Source: Gammaproteobacteria bacterium
GTDB taxonomy: Bacteria > Pseudomonadota > Gammaproteobacteria > JABABF01
Direction: 5' to 3'
Assembly: GCA_965237805.1 (NCBI GenBank)
Contig: OZ250153.1
Span: 832,001-896,000, forward strand
Length of the DNA: 64,000 nt
Position 1 is the stretch's first letter, and each line of letters opens with the position of its first letter. Both the position numbers and the translations under genes were made by a program. The notes beneath the pieces are model-generated. The model made no database searches and was not told where the DNA came from. It saw only the letters and a list, made by a program, of their open reading frames with translations. Shown here piece by piece: positions 26,301 through 38,529 of the stretch.

Positions 26301-27894
26301 TATCTACAGCATCGAGGATCTGGCGCAGCTGGTCTACGACCTCAAGGCCATCAATCCTGATGCCCGCGTCTCGGTCAAGCTGGTCTCCTCACCCGGTGTC
26401 GGCACCATCGCTATCGGCGTCGCCAAGGCCGGTGCCGACATGGTGACGATCTCCGGTGGCGAGGGCGGCACCGGAGCCAGCCCGCTGAGCTCGATCCGCT
26501 ATGCTGGTAGCCCATGGGAGCTGGGTCTGAGCGATGCCCACCAAGCCCTGTGCGAGGCTGGCTTCCGAGACCGCATCTTGGTGCAGACGGACGGCGGTCT
26601 GAAAACCGGCACTGACATCATCAAAGCCGCCCTGCTCGGAGCCGACAGCTTCGGCTTCGGCACCGCGCCGCTGGTCGCCGCTGGCTGCAAATTCCTACGC
26701 CTGTGCCACACCAACCGCTGCCCGACCGGCATCGCCACCCAAGACGAATGGCTGCGGCAGCATCACTTCCACGGCTCAGTGCAAAAGGTCACCCGCTTCT
26801 TTGAAATGGTGGCACAGGATGTACGCGAACAACTGGCGTCGCTCGGCTACGCCCGGCTGGAAGATCTGATCGGACGCACCGAGCTGCTTGAGGCCGCCAA
26901 CGGCGACACGCCACGCCAGCGCCGGTTGCGACTGGCACCGCTATTGCATACTCCCGACATCGCCCACGAGCAGCGGCACTGCAGTCTGGATGTCCACCAC
27001 CCAGCCGTACGCAGCCCACTGTGCGAGCACTTGGCGCGGGCGGCCGAGCCCTTGCTCGACAGCGGTGGCGACTTGGGCAGCCACCTGATCGGCAACGCCG
27101 ACCGAGCCATCGGTGCCCGCGTGTCGGGCATGATCGCCGAGCGCCACGGCGCGGGCGGGATGCCCGGCCCCCCCCTGCGGGCGCACTTTGAAGGTGCCGC
27201 CGGACAGAGCTTTGGCGCTTGGAACGCCGCCGGCTTGGAGCTGAGCCTGAGCGGCGTGGCCAATGACTATGTCGGCAAAGGCATGAACGGTGGACGCATT
27301 AGCCTGCGGGTGCCGCTGAACAGCCAATTCGAAAGCCACCGCCAAGTCATTGCTGGCAACACCTGCCTCTACGGTGCCACTGGCGGCGTATTCTATGCCG
27401 CTGGCCAGCTGGGCGAGCGCTGCGCTGTGCGCAACTCCGGCTGTCACGCCGTCATCGAGGGTGCTGGCCACCACTGCTGCGAGTACATGACTGGAGGCGT
27501 GGTGGCGGTGCTCGGCAGCTGCGGCGTCAATTTCGGTGCTGGCATGACTGGCGGCTTTGCTTTCGTGCTAGACTTGGCGCAGGATTTCGATCGCCGATGC
27601 AATACGGATTTGGTCGGGATCTTGCCCCTGGACACGGTGGGCATGAGAGACTTCTCCACTTTCTTATGGCAGCTGGTGCAGGACTTCGTCGATACGACTG
27701 GCAGTCCGTGGGGACAGCAGCTGCTGGAGCGGCACCAGCACTATCAAGCCCAGTTCCAAGTGGTGTTGCCCCGTGCCTTCATGGAGCAACCAGAGCGCTT
27801 GCTGTTGTCGGAACAGCGGTGCCGAGACGGGAGCGCGGCGGGAATCGAAGACGCACTCGTGCCCACTCGGATACCGCAGCCCGCAGCCAGCTGA
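23353..27894 (+). CDS. gltB: Glutamate synthase large subunit
   Basis: DSCGIG (Ntn Cys), HRGG..ADG.TGDG, AHNGEIN, EPWDGP, QVASGRFGV, GAKPGEGGQLPG, CHTNRCPTGIATQ, GXGXG repeats. Confidence 0.98.
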   Translation: MHALKTVSQPVPAPTRPISSDSCGIGLIAQLKGQPSHAILSQSLEALRRMAHRGGINADGRTGDGCGVLMQKPDTFLRTVADEAGWTLASAYAVGTIFLSRDAAYSKRGRETLERCLAAEGLQVLGWRPVPIREQHCGELAQLCRPTIEQLFVNLPENWDEAHAAARLFVARKRAELLLTDDPDFQVCSLATGVISYKALSNAEDFAAFFPDLSDPRLQTAIATFHLRYSTNTLPHWALAQPFRLLAHNGEINTIVGNRNWAQICGAKLRGELLPELDELGSLVNQDGSDSSALDNMLELLCTGGVDLFRALRLLLPPAWQQQMHPDMSPAQRAFYEYHATHMEPWDGPTSIVLTEGRYAVCLLDRNGLRPVRYEITRDDVITIASETGVRTRDDADVVTAGRLGPGGILAVDTASGQLLHSYDIEERLARQHPYQQWLAERVHTLQPLTDAAPKHCEAPLAVQMKQFEFSAEEADQVLAPLANAGQEATSSMGDDLPSAVLSIRVRPLYDYFRQQFAQVTNPAIDPLRETLVMSLRTWLASKGNLLHPGPEQAERIALPSPILLPEEFAALGALETRWAPRELLAGSHAVGQPGSLAAALDALADEAEQVARDGTATLLLADWGLAPDRVPIHSLLAVGAVHTRLIECKLRGDVNLIVASGSARDAHQIATLFGYGATAVYPHLAYPLIEGLAAGGQTVCAAAEACANYRHGIEKGLLKILSKMGISDISSYRGAALFEAVGLSAELVARCFKGTPNTIGGADLSDLERDAEQLGELAWQPLRPLERGGLGKFVFDTEYHDFNPDVVSSLQKFADSGKPERYRTFKQTVEGRPVAMLRDLLRLRDDAGDKALPLEQVEPMAAILRRFDSAGMSLGALSPEAHEVLAMAMNQLGGRSNCGEGGEDAARFGTERNSRIKQVASGRFGVTPHYLVNAEVLQIKIAQGAKPGEGGQLPGNKVDERIAGLRHVLPGTTLISPSPHHDIYSIEDLAQLVYDLKAINPDARVSVKLVSSPGVGTIAIGVAKAGADMVTISGGEGGTGASPLSSIRYAGSPWELGLSDAHQALCEAGFRDRILVQTDGGLKTGTDIIKAALLGADSFGFGTAPLVAAGCKFLRLCHTNRCPTGIATQDEWLRQHHFHGSVQKVTRFFEMVAQDVREQLASLGYARLEDLIGRTELLEAANGDTPRQRRLRLAPLLHTPDIAHEQRHCSLDVHHPAVRSPLCEHLARAAEPLLDSGGDLGSHLIGNADRAIGARVSGMIAERHGAGGMPGPPLRAHFEGAAGQSFGAWNAAGLELSLSGVANDYVGKGMNGGRISLRVPLNSQFESHRQVIAGNTCLYGATGGVFYAAGQLGERCAVRNSGCHAVIEGAGHHCCEYMTGGVVAVLGSCGVNFGAGMTGGFAFVLDLAQDFDRRCNTDLVGILPLDTVGMRDFSTFLWQLVQDFVDTTGSPWGQQLLERHQHYQAQFQVVLPRAFMEQPERLLLSEQRCRDGSAAGIEDALVPTRIPQPAAS

Positions 27895-27932
27895 AAGACC
27901 CATCCTTAACAAGACAAGCCAGCACGGGAGAT

Positions 27933-28049
27933 ATGAGCATGTTGAGAACCACTTTGCGTGTCGTTGCCGTATTCGCGCTGGTCACCCTGTTGGCGGCCTG
28001 CGATATCCCTTTCATCGACATTGATATTCCCCTGATCCCGGGCATATGA
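27933..28049 (+). CDS. Tiny predicted lipoprotein (38 aa; 16-aa mature lipopeptide)
   Basis: GGGAG RBS; MSMLRTTLRVVAVFALVTLLAA-C with a canonical LAAC lipobox, then DIPFIDIDIPLIPGI-stop. Confidence 0.7.
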   Translation: MSMLRTTLRVVAVFALVTLLAACDIPFIDIDIPLIPGI

Positions 28050-30649
<2,600 letters not shown>

Positions 30650-30750
30650 CACAGCGCATCGTTTGTGATATGCTTGCAGCTTGATGCCTGTTCGCCAAGG
30701 CATCATCCGTTATACTCCGCAAGTCAAACGCTCAAAACAATATCAAATAG

Positions 30751-31065
30751 ATGCGTGTTCTGGGATATCTGCTGGGACTGACCGGCCTCGGTTTCGGTGC
30801 CGATTTCGCTTGGGATCTCTATTCCACTAGCGTCGAGCTATCGCTATCGCTGAACGAGGTGCTGAGCGACAAAACCGCTCTGGTCGACTACAGCGTCGCC
30901 GCATTGCTGATTATCAACAGTTTCTTTCTGGTCACCTCGCTGTGGCGCTTGGCTGGCCAGCGCGCCGCGCATAAAAACAACAGGCTCAGCAAAACGGGCT
31001 CGACTGGCAACTTGCAGATGGCATTAGGCAATCAAATGGGCGGCGGATCGAGTATGGATCGCTAG
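30751..31065 (+). CDS. Hypothetical small membrane protein (2 TM)
   Basis: Two hydrophobic segments; fills the gap between hemE and the convergent modC; TATACT at 30711. Confidence 0.6.
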   Translation: MRVLGYLLGLTGLGFGADFAWDLYSTSVELSLSLNEVLSDKTALVDYSVAALLIINSFFLVTSLWRLAGQRAAHKNNRLSKTGSTGNLQMALGNQMGGGSSMDR

Positions 31066-31123
31066 CGGAAGCCAGCACCTCGCAGCGCCCTCCCGTGCAC
31101 CCTTTCCCAGCAGCCTGATAGCT

Positions 31124-32272
31124 CTAGCGAGCAGTGTCTCGCGCCACCGCCTCGGCAACGCTGCCCCAATCGCCCTGCCGATAATCGCCATAACCATATA
31201 GCGCCGTGGTTTTGATCTGGGCGTAGGCGGCGAGTCCCGGTCGCAACGCCAGTGCCTCCTCAGATTTGCGGCTCAGGTGCGCCAGCAGATACTGCTCCCC
31301 CAAGCGCAGGCGCAACAATACCATGCCGCGCTCCAGCGACCGTCGGTCGAGTACCGTGACCGGCAAGACATTGAGCACACTGGTGGCACGTGGTGGCTCC
31401 AAGCACAGGCTCACATCGCGCGCCGGGATGCGCAAACGCAACGTGTGCCCCGGTGTCTCGGGCAGGCGTGCGAGCCACAGCACATGGCCCTCCACCTGCA
31501 ATTCGCTCAGCAGGAAATGGTCGTCATGCCGCAACAGCTGAGCCTCCAATACCGCAGCGGTATCCTCGACCGGTACCAGCGGAGTGTCGAGCCGGACACT
31601 CTGCGCAGCCAAGTCCCCCGCCGCCAGCGTCACGCCCGCACGCATCGGGATCACCCGATCCACCATCTGCATCAGCTCCTCAAAGCGATGACTGACCAAC
31701 AGTACCGGCACCCTCGTCGCCCGCTGCCAGTGACAGAGATAGGCTGCAACGCGGCTGGCCCAAGCAGCATCCAAGCCCGTCAGCGGCTCGTCCAGCAACA
31801 ACAGCCGAGGGTTGCCGCACAGCGCCCGCGCCAAGGCCACCCGCCGCTGCTCGCCGCCCGACAACTGCCACACCGAGCGGGACAACAGCGGCTCCAGCCC
31901 TAAGACCGAAATGATTTCCTCCGCTAGCGGCCCATCTCCTCGACGCCCGCGCTTGCGCGCGAAGCACAGATTGCCATCGACGCTGAGCCAAGGGAACAAC
32001 CTCAGATCCTGAAAGACCAAGCCAATCCTGCGGCGGTGCGTTGGCAGCCATAGACCCGATGCCTGCCAACGCTCAGCGCCGAGCCGCACCTCGCTGGCAC
32101 CACCGCGTCCGAGCAAGCCAGCAAGGCAATGCAGGGCAGTGGTTTTGCCCGCTCCAGAAGGGCCGAACAGCGCGCTGATGCCGGTGGGGGGACACTCGAA
32201 GTCGGCGCGCAGGGCAAAGTCGCCAGCCGCCCCGCCAACACGACGCAAGCGCAAACTGGCGCTGAGGCTCAC
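31124..32272 (-). CDS. modC: Molybdate ABC transporter ATP-binding protein
   Basis: GPSGAGKT, LSGGEQRR, LLLDEP, C-terminal TOBE-like region (SVLNVL..AQIK). Confidence 0.93.
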   Translation of the reverse strand: MSLSASLRLRRVGGAAGDFALRADFECPPTGISALFGPSGAGKTTALHCLAGLLGRGGASEVRLGAERWQASGLWLPTHRRRIGLVFQDLRLFPWLSVDGNLCFARKRGRRGDGPLAEEIISVLGLEPLLSRSVWQLSGGEQRRVALARALCGNPRLLLLDEPLTGLDAAWASRVAAYLCHWQRATRVPVLLVSHRFEELMQMVDRVIPMRAGVTLAAGDLAAQSVRLDTPLVPVEDTAAVLEAQLLRHDDHFLLSELQVEGHVLWLARLPETPGHTLRLRIPARDVSLCLEPPRATSVLNVLPVTVLDRRSLERGMVLLRLRLGEQYLLAHLSRKSEEALALRPGLAAYAQIKTTALYGYGDYRQGDWGSVAEAVARDTAR

Positions 32273-32309
32273 GACTGGCGACCAGTAGCTCGCCCAAGCG
32301 AGCGCCAGA

Positions 32310-32972
32310 TCACCACAAGCGCAGGCGGCGGCGCTGCGAGTAAAGCGCCGTCAATAGCAATAGCGAGCACAGTAGCAGGCCGCCCGCAAGACGGTGGGCG
32401 GCGGCGTAATCCAGTGTTTCGATGTGATCGAACAGTGCCATTGACAGCACCCGAGTCTCGCCCGGGATATTGCCGCCGACCAGCAACACCACGCCAAACT
32501 CCCCCACCGTATGGGCAAAGCCCAGCGCAACGGCGATGAGCAGTGCCGGTGCCATCAACGGTAGCGTCACCGAGAGCAGCCGGTCGATGGGCGTGGCACC
32601 AAGCGTGGCGGCAGCGGCGAGCAAACCATGCGGCAAGCGCTCAAAACCCTGTTGCAGGGGCTGTACCACAAAGGGCAGGGAATAGAGCACCGAGCCGATG
32701 ACCAAGCCGGTGAAACTGAAGGCCAATCGCTGCCCGGTCAGCTGCTCCCACGGCCCGCCTAACCAACCGCCGGGTGCCAATGCCAACAGCAGATAGAAGC
32801 CGATCACCGTCGGCGGCAAGACCAGCGGCATGGCCACCAGCGCCTCGACGATGCTACGTCCCGGCCAGCGGCTGGCCGCCAGCCACGCCGCCAGCGGCAG
32901 ACCGACCAGCAACAGAATCAGTGTGCTGAACGCCGCCAGCTTCAGCGTCAGCCACAGGGCGAGCCAATCCAC
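32310..32972 (-). CDS. modB: Molybdate ABC transporter permease
   Basis: PLVLPPTVIGFYLL, SLPFVVQP, FAHTVGEFG, GGNIPGET; start placed at GTG 32972. Confidence 0.94.
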   Translation of the reverse strand: MDWLALWLTLKLAAFSTLILLLVGLPLAAWLAASRWPGRSIVEALVAMPLVLPPTVIGFYLLLALAPGGWLGGPWEQLTGQRLAFSFTGLVIGSVLYSLPFVVQPLQQGFERLPHGLLAAAATLGATPIDRLLSVTLPLMAPALLIAVALGFAHTVGEFGVVLLVGGNIPGETRVLSMALFDHIETLDYAAAHRLAGGLLLCSLLLLTALYSQRRRLRLW

Positions 32973-32977
32973 GCCGC

Positions 32978-33790
32978 TTAGTTCGCCACTGCTGGCGGCA
33001 ATTGATAGCCTGCCTGACGCAGGCGACGGCGGACTTCTGCGCCGCGCAGAAAGCGCCCCAAGTCGCGGGCACCGGCAGTGGCAGGTCGCAGCAACAGCGC
33101 CTGTTGCACCACGGGGCGATGCAAACGACTCGGCACAGGCCAATGCGCTGCATCCGGCACCAAGCGCGCCTGCGCCAGCGCAACAAAGCCTGCCTGCGCG
33201 GCACCGCTGTACACCAGATGTAGCACATGCGCCGCATTCGGGGCGCGTACCAATCCCGGTGCCAGCTGCCGCCACAGCCCCAGCTCCACAAGCACATCCT
33301 GCGCCGCTGCCCCGATCGGGGCCAGCGCCGGGTCGGGCAGGGCCAAGCTGCGCGGCGGCAGGGCCGCTAGGCGTGCGGCGACGGCCATCGTCTCGGTAGG
33401 CCACGGCGGCTCGGTGGCGGTGCCAAGCAGAGCGAGCCGCCCCAAGACATAGGTGAAACGCGAACCGGGCGCGGCATACCCCGCACGCTCCAATACCAGT
33501 GGGCGCGCCGTGTCAGCCGACAAAAAGACATCGAAAGGCGCACCGGAGAGGAGCTGGGCGGCCAACACTCCCGAAGAAGCGGCGCTCAGGCGCAAGCGAT
33601 GACCAGTCTGGGCATGGAAATCTAAGGCCAGCGCCGCCAAAGCCGGGCGGAAACTGCTGGCCACGGCCACCCGAACCAGCTCGGTGCGGGCGACGGGCGG
33701 CGTGAGCGCGGCCAGCGAAAACGCGAGCGCCGATGCCACCAACACCGGTCGGCACCGACGCCGCAACGGGCGGGTGTACAGCGGCACCAT
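32978..33790 (-). CDS. modA: Molybdate-binding periplasmic protein
   Basis: Signal peptide, VAVASSF, SSGVLAAQ...GAPFDVFLSAD, P.LAPIGAAA; start uncertain. Confidence 0.9.
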   Translation of the reverse strand: MVPLYTRPLRRRCRPVLVASALAFSLAALTPPVARTELVRVAVASSFRPALAALALDFHAQTGHRLRLSAASSGVLAAQLLSGAPFDVFLSADTARPLVLERAGYAAPGSRFTYVLGRLALLGTATEPPWPTETMAVAARLAALPPRSLALPDPALAPIGAAAQDVLVELGLWRQLAPGLVRAPNAAHVLHLVYSGAAQAGFVALAQARLVPDAAHWPVPSRLHRPVVQQALLLRPATAGARDLGRFLRGAEVRRRLRQAGYQLPPAVAN

Positions 33791-33893
33791 GGAAAAGCGG
33801 AATACAGCTGCCATCGCGCCGCCATGATAACCGCCCAAGCACAAGTCCATCGACCCACCCATCGAAGCTGGAACCACACGCCGCCCGCCCACC

Positions 33894-34619
33894 TCAGGCG
33901 CGTGCCAAACACCACAGGTGCAGCTCCACGCCCGGCATCGCCCGTCGCCAAGCGCGCCCCAACTCCATCGCCGTGGCACCGGAAGTCAGCACATCGTCGA
34001 CCAGTGCCACCCGGCGGCAGCTCAGCGCACGCGGTGCCGGGCGCAGCGCAAAGGCCCCGCTCAGCGCACGCCGACGCTGGGGCACGCTACGCCCCACCTG
34101 TCGCCCGGTGTCCCGCCGCCGCCTGCAACTGCGCACATCTAGCGGCACGGCCAACTCGGTGCGCAACGTGCGGGCAATCTCCAAGGCCTGATTGAAGCCG
34201 CGCTGGCGCATCCTGCCAGTGTGCAACGGCACCGGCACCAGCAGCTCGGGCCACGCCTCGCCGCGATACTCGTAGCGCAACCGCTCGGCCAGCAGTAACG
34301 ACAGACTGCGCCCATCGGCCAATTCGGCGCGGTATTTGAAGCCCGCCACTAGGCGATCGACCGGCGGACGGTAGGCAAAGGGGGCGACACAGCGGGCGAA
34401 AGGCCAATCGCGGCCGAGGCAGAAACCGCAGTCGAGTGCTGGCGCGGCGATATCGGGACTACCGCAGCGCCGACACGCTGATGACAGGCGCGGCAAGGTG
34501 GCCTCGCAGCCACTGCAGAGATCGATGAGCCGATGAGTCGCCCGCCCGCACAGCGCACAACGCCCCGGAAACAAGCGGTGAATGAAGCGTCGCAAAGCGC
34601 CGCTGTCAACCCTGTCCAT
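33894..34619 (-). CDS. comF: ComF-family phosphoribosyltransferase-like competence protein
   Basis: Zn-ribbon CxxC pairs, [24 protein letters not shown]; divergent from bioB as in pseudomonads. Confidence 0.9.
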   Translation of the reverse strand: MDRVDSGALRRFIHRLFPGRCALCGRATHRLIDLCSGCEATLPRLSSACRRCGSPDIAAPALDCGFCLGRDWPFARCVAPFAYRPPVDRLVAGFKYRAELADGRSLSLLLAERLRYEYRGEAWPELLVPVPLHTGRMRQRGFNQALEIARTLRTELAVPLDVRSCRRRRDTGRQVGRSVPQRRRALSGAFALRPAPRALSCRRVALVDDVLTSGATAMELGRAWRRAMPGVELHLWCLARA

Positions 34620-34658
34620 CCCTGATCCAGTTGACAATGTCGATTCAGCGTCTACCAT
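34604..34658. promoter_or_regulatory. Probable BirA (biotin repressor) operator overlapping the bioB promoter
   Basis: Inverted repeat TGTCAAC-N19-GTTGACA (34604-34636); its right arm supplies a TTGACA -35, with TACCAT -10 at 34653. Confidence 0.65.
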
Positions 34659-34674
34659 GACGCCACTATCCGCC

Positions 34675-35691
34675 ATGATAATCGGAAGACCCCACCCTGT
34701 GGAAGCCACCCCTGTTATTCGCCATGACTGGACCGCCGACGAAGTCGCCGAGCTGTTCGCCCTACCCTTCCCCGAATTGCTGTACCGTGCGCAGAGCATC
34801 CACCGCACCCACTGGAATCCTGACGAGGTGCAGGCCTGCACACTGTTATCGATAAAGACTGGTGCCTGCCCAGAGGACTGCGCCTACTGCCCGCAAAGCG
34901 TGCACCACCACACTGAGCTGAAGCCCGAGCCGCTGATGGATGCCGAACGCGTTTTGGAAGAGGCGCGGGCGGCGCAAGCAGCCGGTGCCAGCCGCTTCTG
35001 CATGGGGGCGGCGTGGCGCTCGCCCAAACCCAGCCACATGAGCGCCTTGGTGCGCATGGTGCGCGGCGTCAAGGAACTCGGCATGGAGAGCTGCATGACT
35101 CTGGGCATGCTGAGCGACGCGCAGGCGCGGCAGCTGGCAGCCGCCGGTCTCGACTACTACAACCATAATCTCGACAGCTCGCCTGAGTTCTATCGCAAGA
35201 TCATCACCACGCGCCGTTATGAGGAGCGCTTGGAGACATTGGGGCATGTGCGCGCAGCTGGCATCAATGTCTGCTGTGGCGGCATTATCGGCATGGGTGA
35301 ATCCGAGCACGAGCGCATCGGACTGCTATTGCAGCTGGCCAATCTGCCCCAACACCCACAGAGCGTGCCGATCAACCTCTTGGTCAAGGTCCCCGGTACG
35401 CCGCTGGAAGATGTGGCACCGTTACACCCACTGGACTTCGTGCGCTGCGTGGCGGCGGCGCGTATTCTGATGCCAGTCTCCTATGTGCGCCTATCCGCCG
35501 GACGCGAGGACATGTCGGACGAGTGCCAGACGCTGGCCTTTATGGCCGGAGCCAACTCCATTTTCTACGGCGAGCACCTGCTGACCACCGACAATCCCGA
35601 CACCAACGCGGACGACGACTTGTTGGCGCGGCTCGGCATGCGCTTCGCTCCACCCCAGCTACCGGGCGCAGCTACCGCCCAGTGCGGCTGA
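34675..35691 (+). CDS. bioB: Biotin synthase
   Basis: [16 protein letters not shown] radical-SAM motif, [20 protein letters not shown]; start placed downstream of the promoter. Confidence 0.97.
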   Translation: MIIGRPHPVEATPVIRHDWTADEVAELFALPFPELLYRAQSIHRTHWNPDEVQACTLLSIKTGACPEDCAYCPQSVHHHTELKPEPLMDAERVLEEARAAQAAGASRFCMGAAWRSPKPSHMSALVRMVRGVKELGMESCMTLGMLSDAQARQLAAAGLDYYNHNLDSSPEFYRKIITTRRYEERLETLGHVRAAGINVCCGGIIGMGESEHERIGLLLQLANLPQHPQSVPINLLVKVPGTPLEDVAPLHPLDFVRCVAAARILMPVSYVRLSAGREDMSDECQTLAFMAGANSIFYGEHLLTTDNPDTNADDDLLARLGMRFAPPQLPGAATAQCG

Positions 35692-35732
35692 GCAAAGCGC
35701 AGCGCACGGCCACACCACGGCAGCAGCCGCTG

Positions 35733-36902
35733 ATGCGCACGGCGCTGGAGGCGGAACGCTCGCGCCGCAGCGCCGCTGGCGGCGAGCGGCGGCGGCGGCG
35801 TCTCGACAGCCCCCAAGGCGTGGAGCTGGTACTAGAAGGGCGGCGCTGCCTGAACTTCTGTAGCAATGACTACCTCGGCTTGGCGGCGCATCCAGCGCTG
35901 GTCGAGACACTGGGCGCAGCGGCACGCCAGCACGGCGTCGGCAGCGGCGCATCGCACTTGGTCTGCGGCCACAGCGCCCCGCACGAGGCACTGGAAAGGG
36001 CACTGGCCGCCTTTACCGCACGCCCCGCCAGTCTCGTCTTCGCCGCCGGCTACATGTGCAACCTCGGCACGATCACGGCGCTGGCGCAACGCGGCGACGC
36101 GATATTCCTCGACCGCCTGTGTCACGCCTCACTGGTCGATGCCGCACGGCTGTCCGGTGCCGCGCTACACCGCTTCCGCCACAACGACAGCGCCGATCTG
36201 AGCCGCCGACTCGACGCTGGCAACTGGCGGCGGCGACTGATCGTCGTCGACGGTGTCTACAGCATGGACGGTGACTTGGCACCACTGCCGGAGCTGTCCG
36301 CAGTGGCGACGCAGCACGAGGCCTGGCTAGTGGTCGATGACGCCCACGGCATCGGCGTGCTGGGTGAACGCGGCGGCGGCAGCGTCGAGCACTTCGGTCT
36401 GGGGATGGCACAGGTGCCAGTGCTGATCGGCACCTTGGGCAAGGCGCTGGGCACGGCCGGAGGCTTCGTTGCGGGCGAGCAGGCGCTGATCGATCACTTG
36501 CTGCAGACCGCCCGCCCCTACATCTATACCACTGCCCCGCCGCCAGCATTGGCAGCGGCGGGGCAAAGCGCGTTGACAATCGTGCGCGAGGAGCCCCAGC
36601 GCCGACGACAAGTGCTCGCACTGGTGCGTCACTTCCGCGCCGGAGCGAGCGCGCTGGGGCTGCCGCTGGGGGAATCGCAGACCCCGATACAGCCATTGGT
36701 GGTGGGCGATTCAGAGCGTGCCGTCGCGCTATCGGAACAGCTGTTGGAGGCGGGCTATTGGGTGGCCGCAATCCGCCCGCCCACCGTGCCTCAGGGATCG
36801 GCAAGGCTGCGCGTTGCGCTCAGTGCCGCACACAGCGAGCAGCAGGTGGATGGTTTACTGGAGGCTTTGGGGCGGCTGTGGGAGGCGGGCGAGGATGGAT
36901 AA
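35733..36902 (+). CDS. bioF: 8-amino-7-oxononanoate synthase
   Basis: NFCSNDYLGL, HASLVD, VYSMDGD, DDAHG, GTLGKA (PLP Lys), IRPPTVP. Confidence 0.95.
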   Translation: MRTALEAERSRRSAAGGERRRRRLDSPQGVELVLEGRRCLNFCSNDYLGLAAHPALVETLGAAARQHGVGSGASHLVCGHSAPHEALERALAAFTARPASLVFAAGYMCNLGTITALAQRGDAIFLDRLCHASLVDAARLSGAALHRFRHNDSADLSRRLDAGNWRRRLIVVDGVYSMDGDLAPLPELSAVATQHEAWLVVDDAHGIGVLGERGGGSVEHFGLGMAQVPVLIGTLGKALGTAGGFVAGEQALIDHLLQTARPYIYTTAPPPALAAAGQSALTIVREEPQRRRQVLALVRHFRAGASALGLPLGESQTPIQPLVVGDSERAVALSEQLLEAGYWVAAIRPPTVPQGSARLRVALSAAHSEQQVDGLLEALGRLWEAGEDG

Positions 36903-38529
36903 CGCGCTGTCGCGGGCACAGCCTGTGGTCACCAAGGCGCACACGGCATCGGCAGCTGACCTCCCATCCACACCCCCACCCCTCGTCCTCCTCCCCGGTC
37001 TGGGCTTTGCCCCCAGCGTCTGGGATGGACTGCGTCGAGGATTGGCGCGGCACTTCACCCCGTCGGATATGCCGCTGCCGGGCTTCGACGGTGGCAGGGC
37101 GATGCCACCCGATGCCAATATCGAACAGTGGCTGGATGCCCTGTTGCCGCGACTGCCGAGGGGCAAGGCCTGCTATCTGGGCTGGTCACTGGGCGGCCTG
37201 TTGGCGCTGGCGCTGGCGGCGCGATACCCAGAGCGGGTGATGGCGCTGGTCACCATCGGCAGCAATCCACGCTTCTGCCGCGACCGGGACTGGCGCTCCG
37301 GGCTACCCAAACGCTGGTTTGACGACTTCCAAGCCCGCGCCGAGGACAATCCCGCCGCCGCGCTGCGACGGCTGCTGTTGCTGACCGCGCACGGTGAAGC
37401 GGCACCACGAGCGCTGGCCGCTCAGCTGCGCCCCCATGCCCTGCCCGGCGCGCCCGGCGCATTCGCCAGCGGCCTCAGCCTGCTGCGGCGCGCCGAGCTG
37501 CGCGCGACACTGGGCACCCTGCGCGTCCCAGTACTACAGCTGCTAGGCGGGTGCGACGCGTTGGTGCCAGCGGCGCTGGCCACGCCACTGCGCCGCCTCA
37601 GCGGCGACGGACAACGCATCGCCGTACTGCCGCACGCTGGCCATGCCGCCTTCCTCTCGCAGCCAGTGCCCGTGCTGGGTGCCGTGCGCGCCTTCGCCAG
37701 CGACTACGGCATCCTGCCAACACCACGGCAGCGGCCAGCACCCAAGCGCATCGCTCAGCGCTTCGGTGCGGCCAGCGCCAGCTACGACAGTGCGGCATGG
37801 CTCCAACGCGAAGCCGGGCACTGGTTGCTCGAGGCACTACCTACCTCGCACCGCGCCGCACACAGCCCCGAATGCATCCTCGATCTGGGCTGCGGCACCG
37901 GGCGCTGCCTCGCGCCGCTGGCGAGGCAGCGCCCGGGGGCACAACTGCTGGCGATGGACATCTCCTTCGCCATGACCCAGCGCGCAGCCGCACGACGTGC
38001 CGACAAGGCGACGGCCACCATGGCGCTGTGCGCGGAGGCGAAGCAACTACCACTGGCCGACGACAGCGTGGACTTAGTGTTCTGCAATCTGATGCTGCAG
38101 TGGTGCCAGCACCCACAACAGGCTTTGACCGCTATATGCCGTGCGTTGCGACCCGGCGGCTGGCTGCTGTTCACCACTTTCGGCCCCGATAGCCTGTGGC
38201 AATTGCGCGCCGCCTTCGCGGCCACCGGCCCGCGGCAACCCGTGCTGGCTTTCCAATCCGCAGCCGACTGGCAGGCGGCGAGCCGGGCCAGCGGGCTGCA
38301 GTTGCAGGACTGGGCCGAGCGTCGCCGCGAGCGCCGCTGCGCCGATGGCTATGAGATGCTGCGCGAACTGCATGCACTCGGTGCCACAGCCAGCACCGAA
38401 GCGCCACCCCCCGGCCTGGCTGGCCGCACCGCGCTGCGCCGCGTCAGCGAAGTGGCCGCAGCCTTTGGCGATGCGCGCGGCCCATCGTTCAGCTTCCAGC
38501 TATTCCGCGGAGCCTTGCAAAAACCGTGA
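36895..38529 (+). CDS. Fused pimeloyl-ACP methyl ester esterase BioH / malonyl-ACP O-methyltransferase BioC
   Basis: N-half alpha/beta hydrolase (GWSLGG, DALV, GHAAF); C-half SAM MTase (YDSAAWLQ, ILDLGCGTG, NLMLQWC); one continuous ORF. Confidence 0.88.
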   Translation: MDNALSRAQPVVTKAHTASAADLPSTPPPLVLLPGLGFAPSVWDGLRRGLARHFTPSDMPLPGFDGGRAMPPDANIEQWLDALLPRLPRGKACYLGWSLGGLLALALAARYPERVMALVTIGSNPRFCRDRDWRSGLPKRWFDDFQARAEDNPAAALRRLLLLTAHGEAAPRALAAQLRPHALPGAPGAFASGLSLLRRAELRATLGTLRVPVLQLLGGCDALVPAALATPLRRLSGDGQRIAVLPHAGHAAFLSQPVPVLGAVRAFASDYGILPTPRQRPAPKRIAQRFGAASASYDSAAWLQREAGHWLLEALPTSHRAAHSPECILDLGCGTGRCLAPLARQRPGAQLLAMDISFAMTQRAAARRADKATATMALCAEAKQLPLADDSVDLVFCNLMLQWCQHPQQALTAICRALRPGGWLLFTTFGPDSLWQLRAAFAATGPRQPVLAFQSAADWQAASRASGLQLQDWAERRRERRCADGYEMLRELHALGATASTEAPPPGLAGRTALRRVSEVAAAFGDARGPSFSFQLFRGALQKP

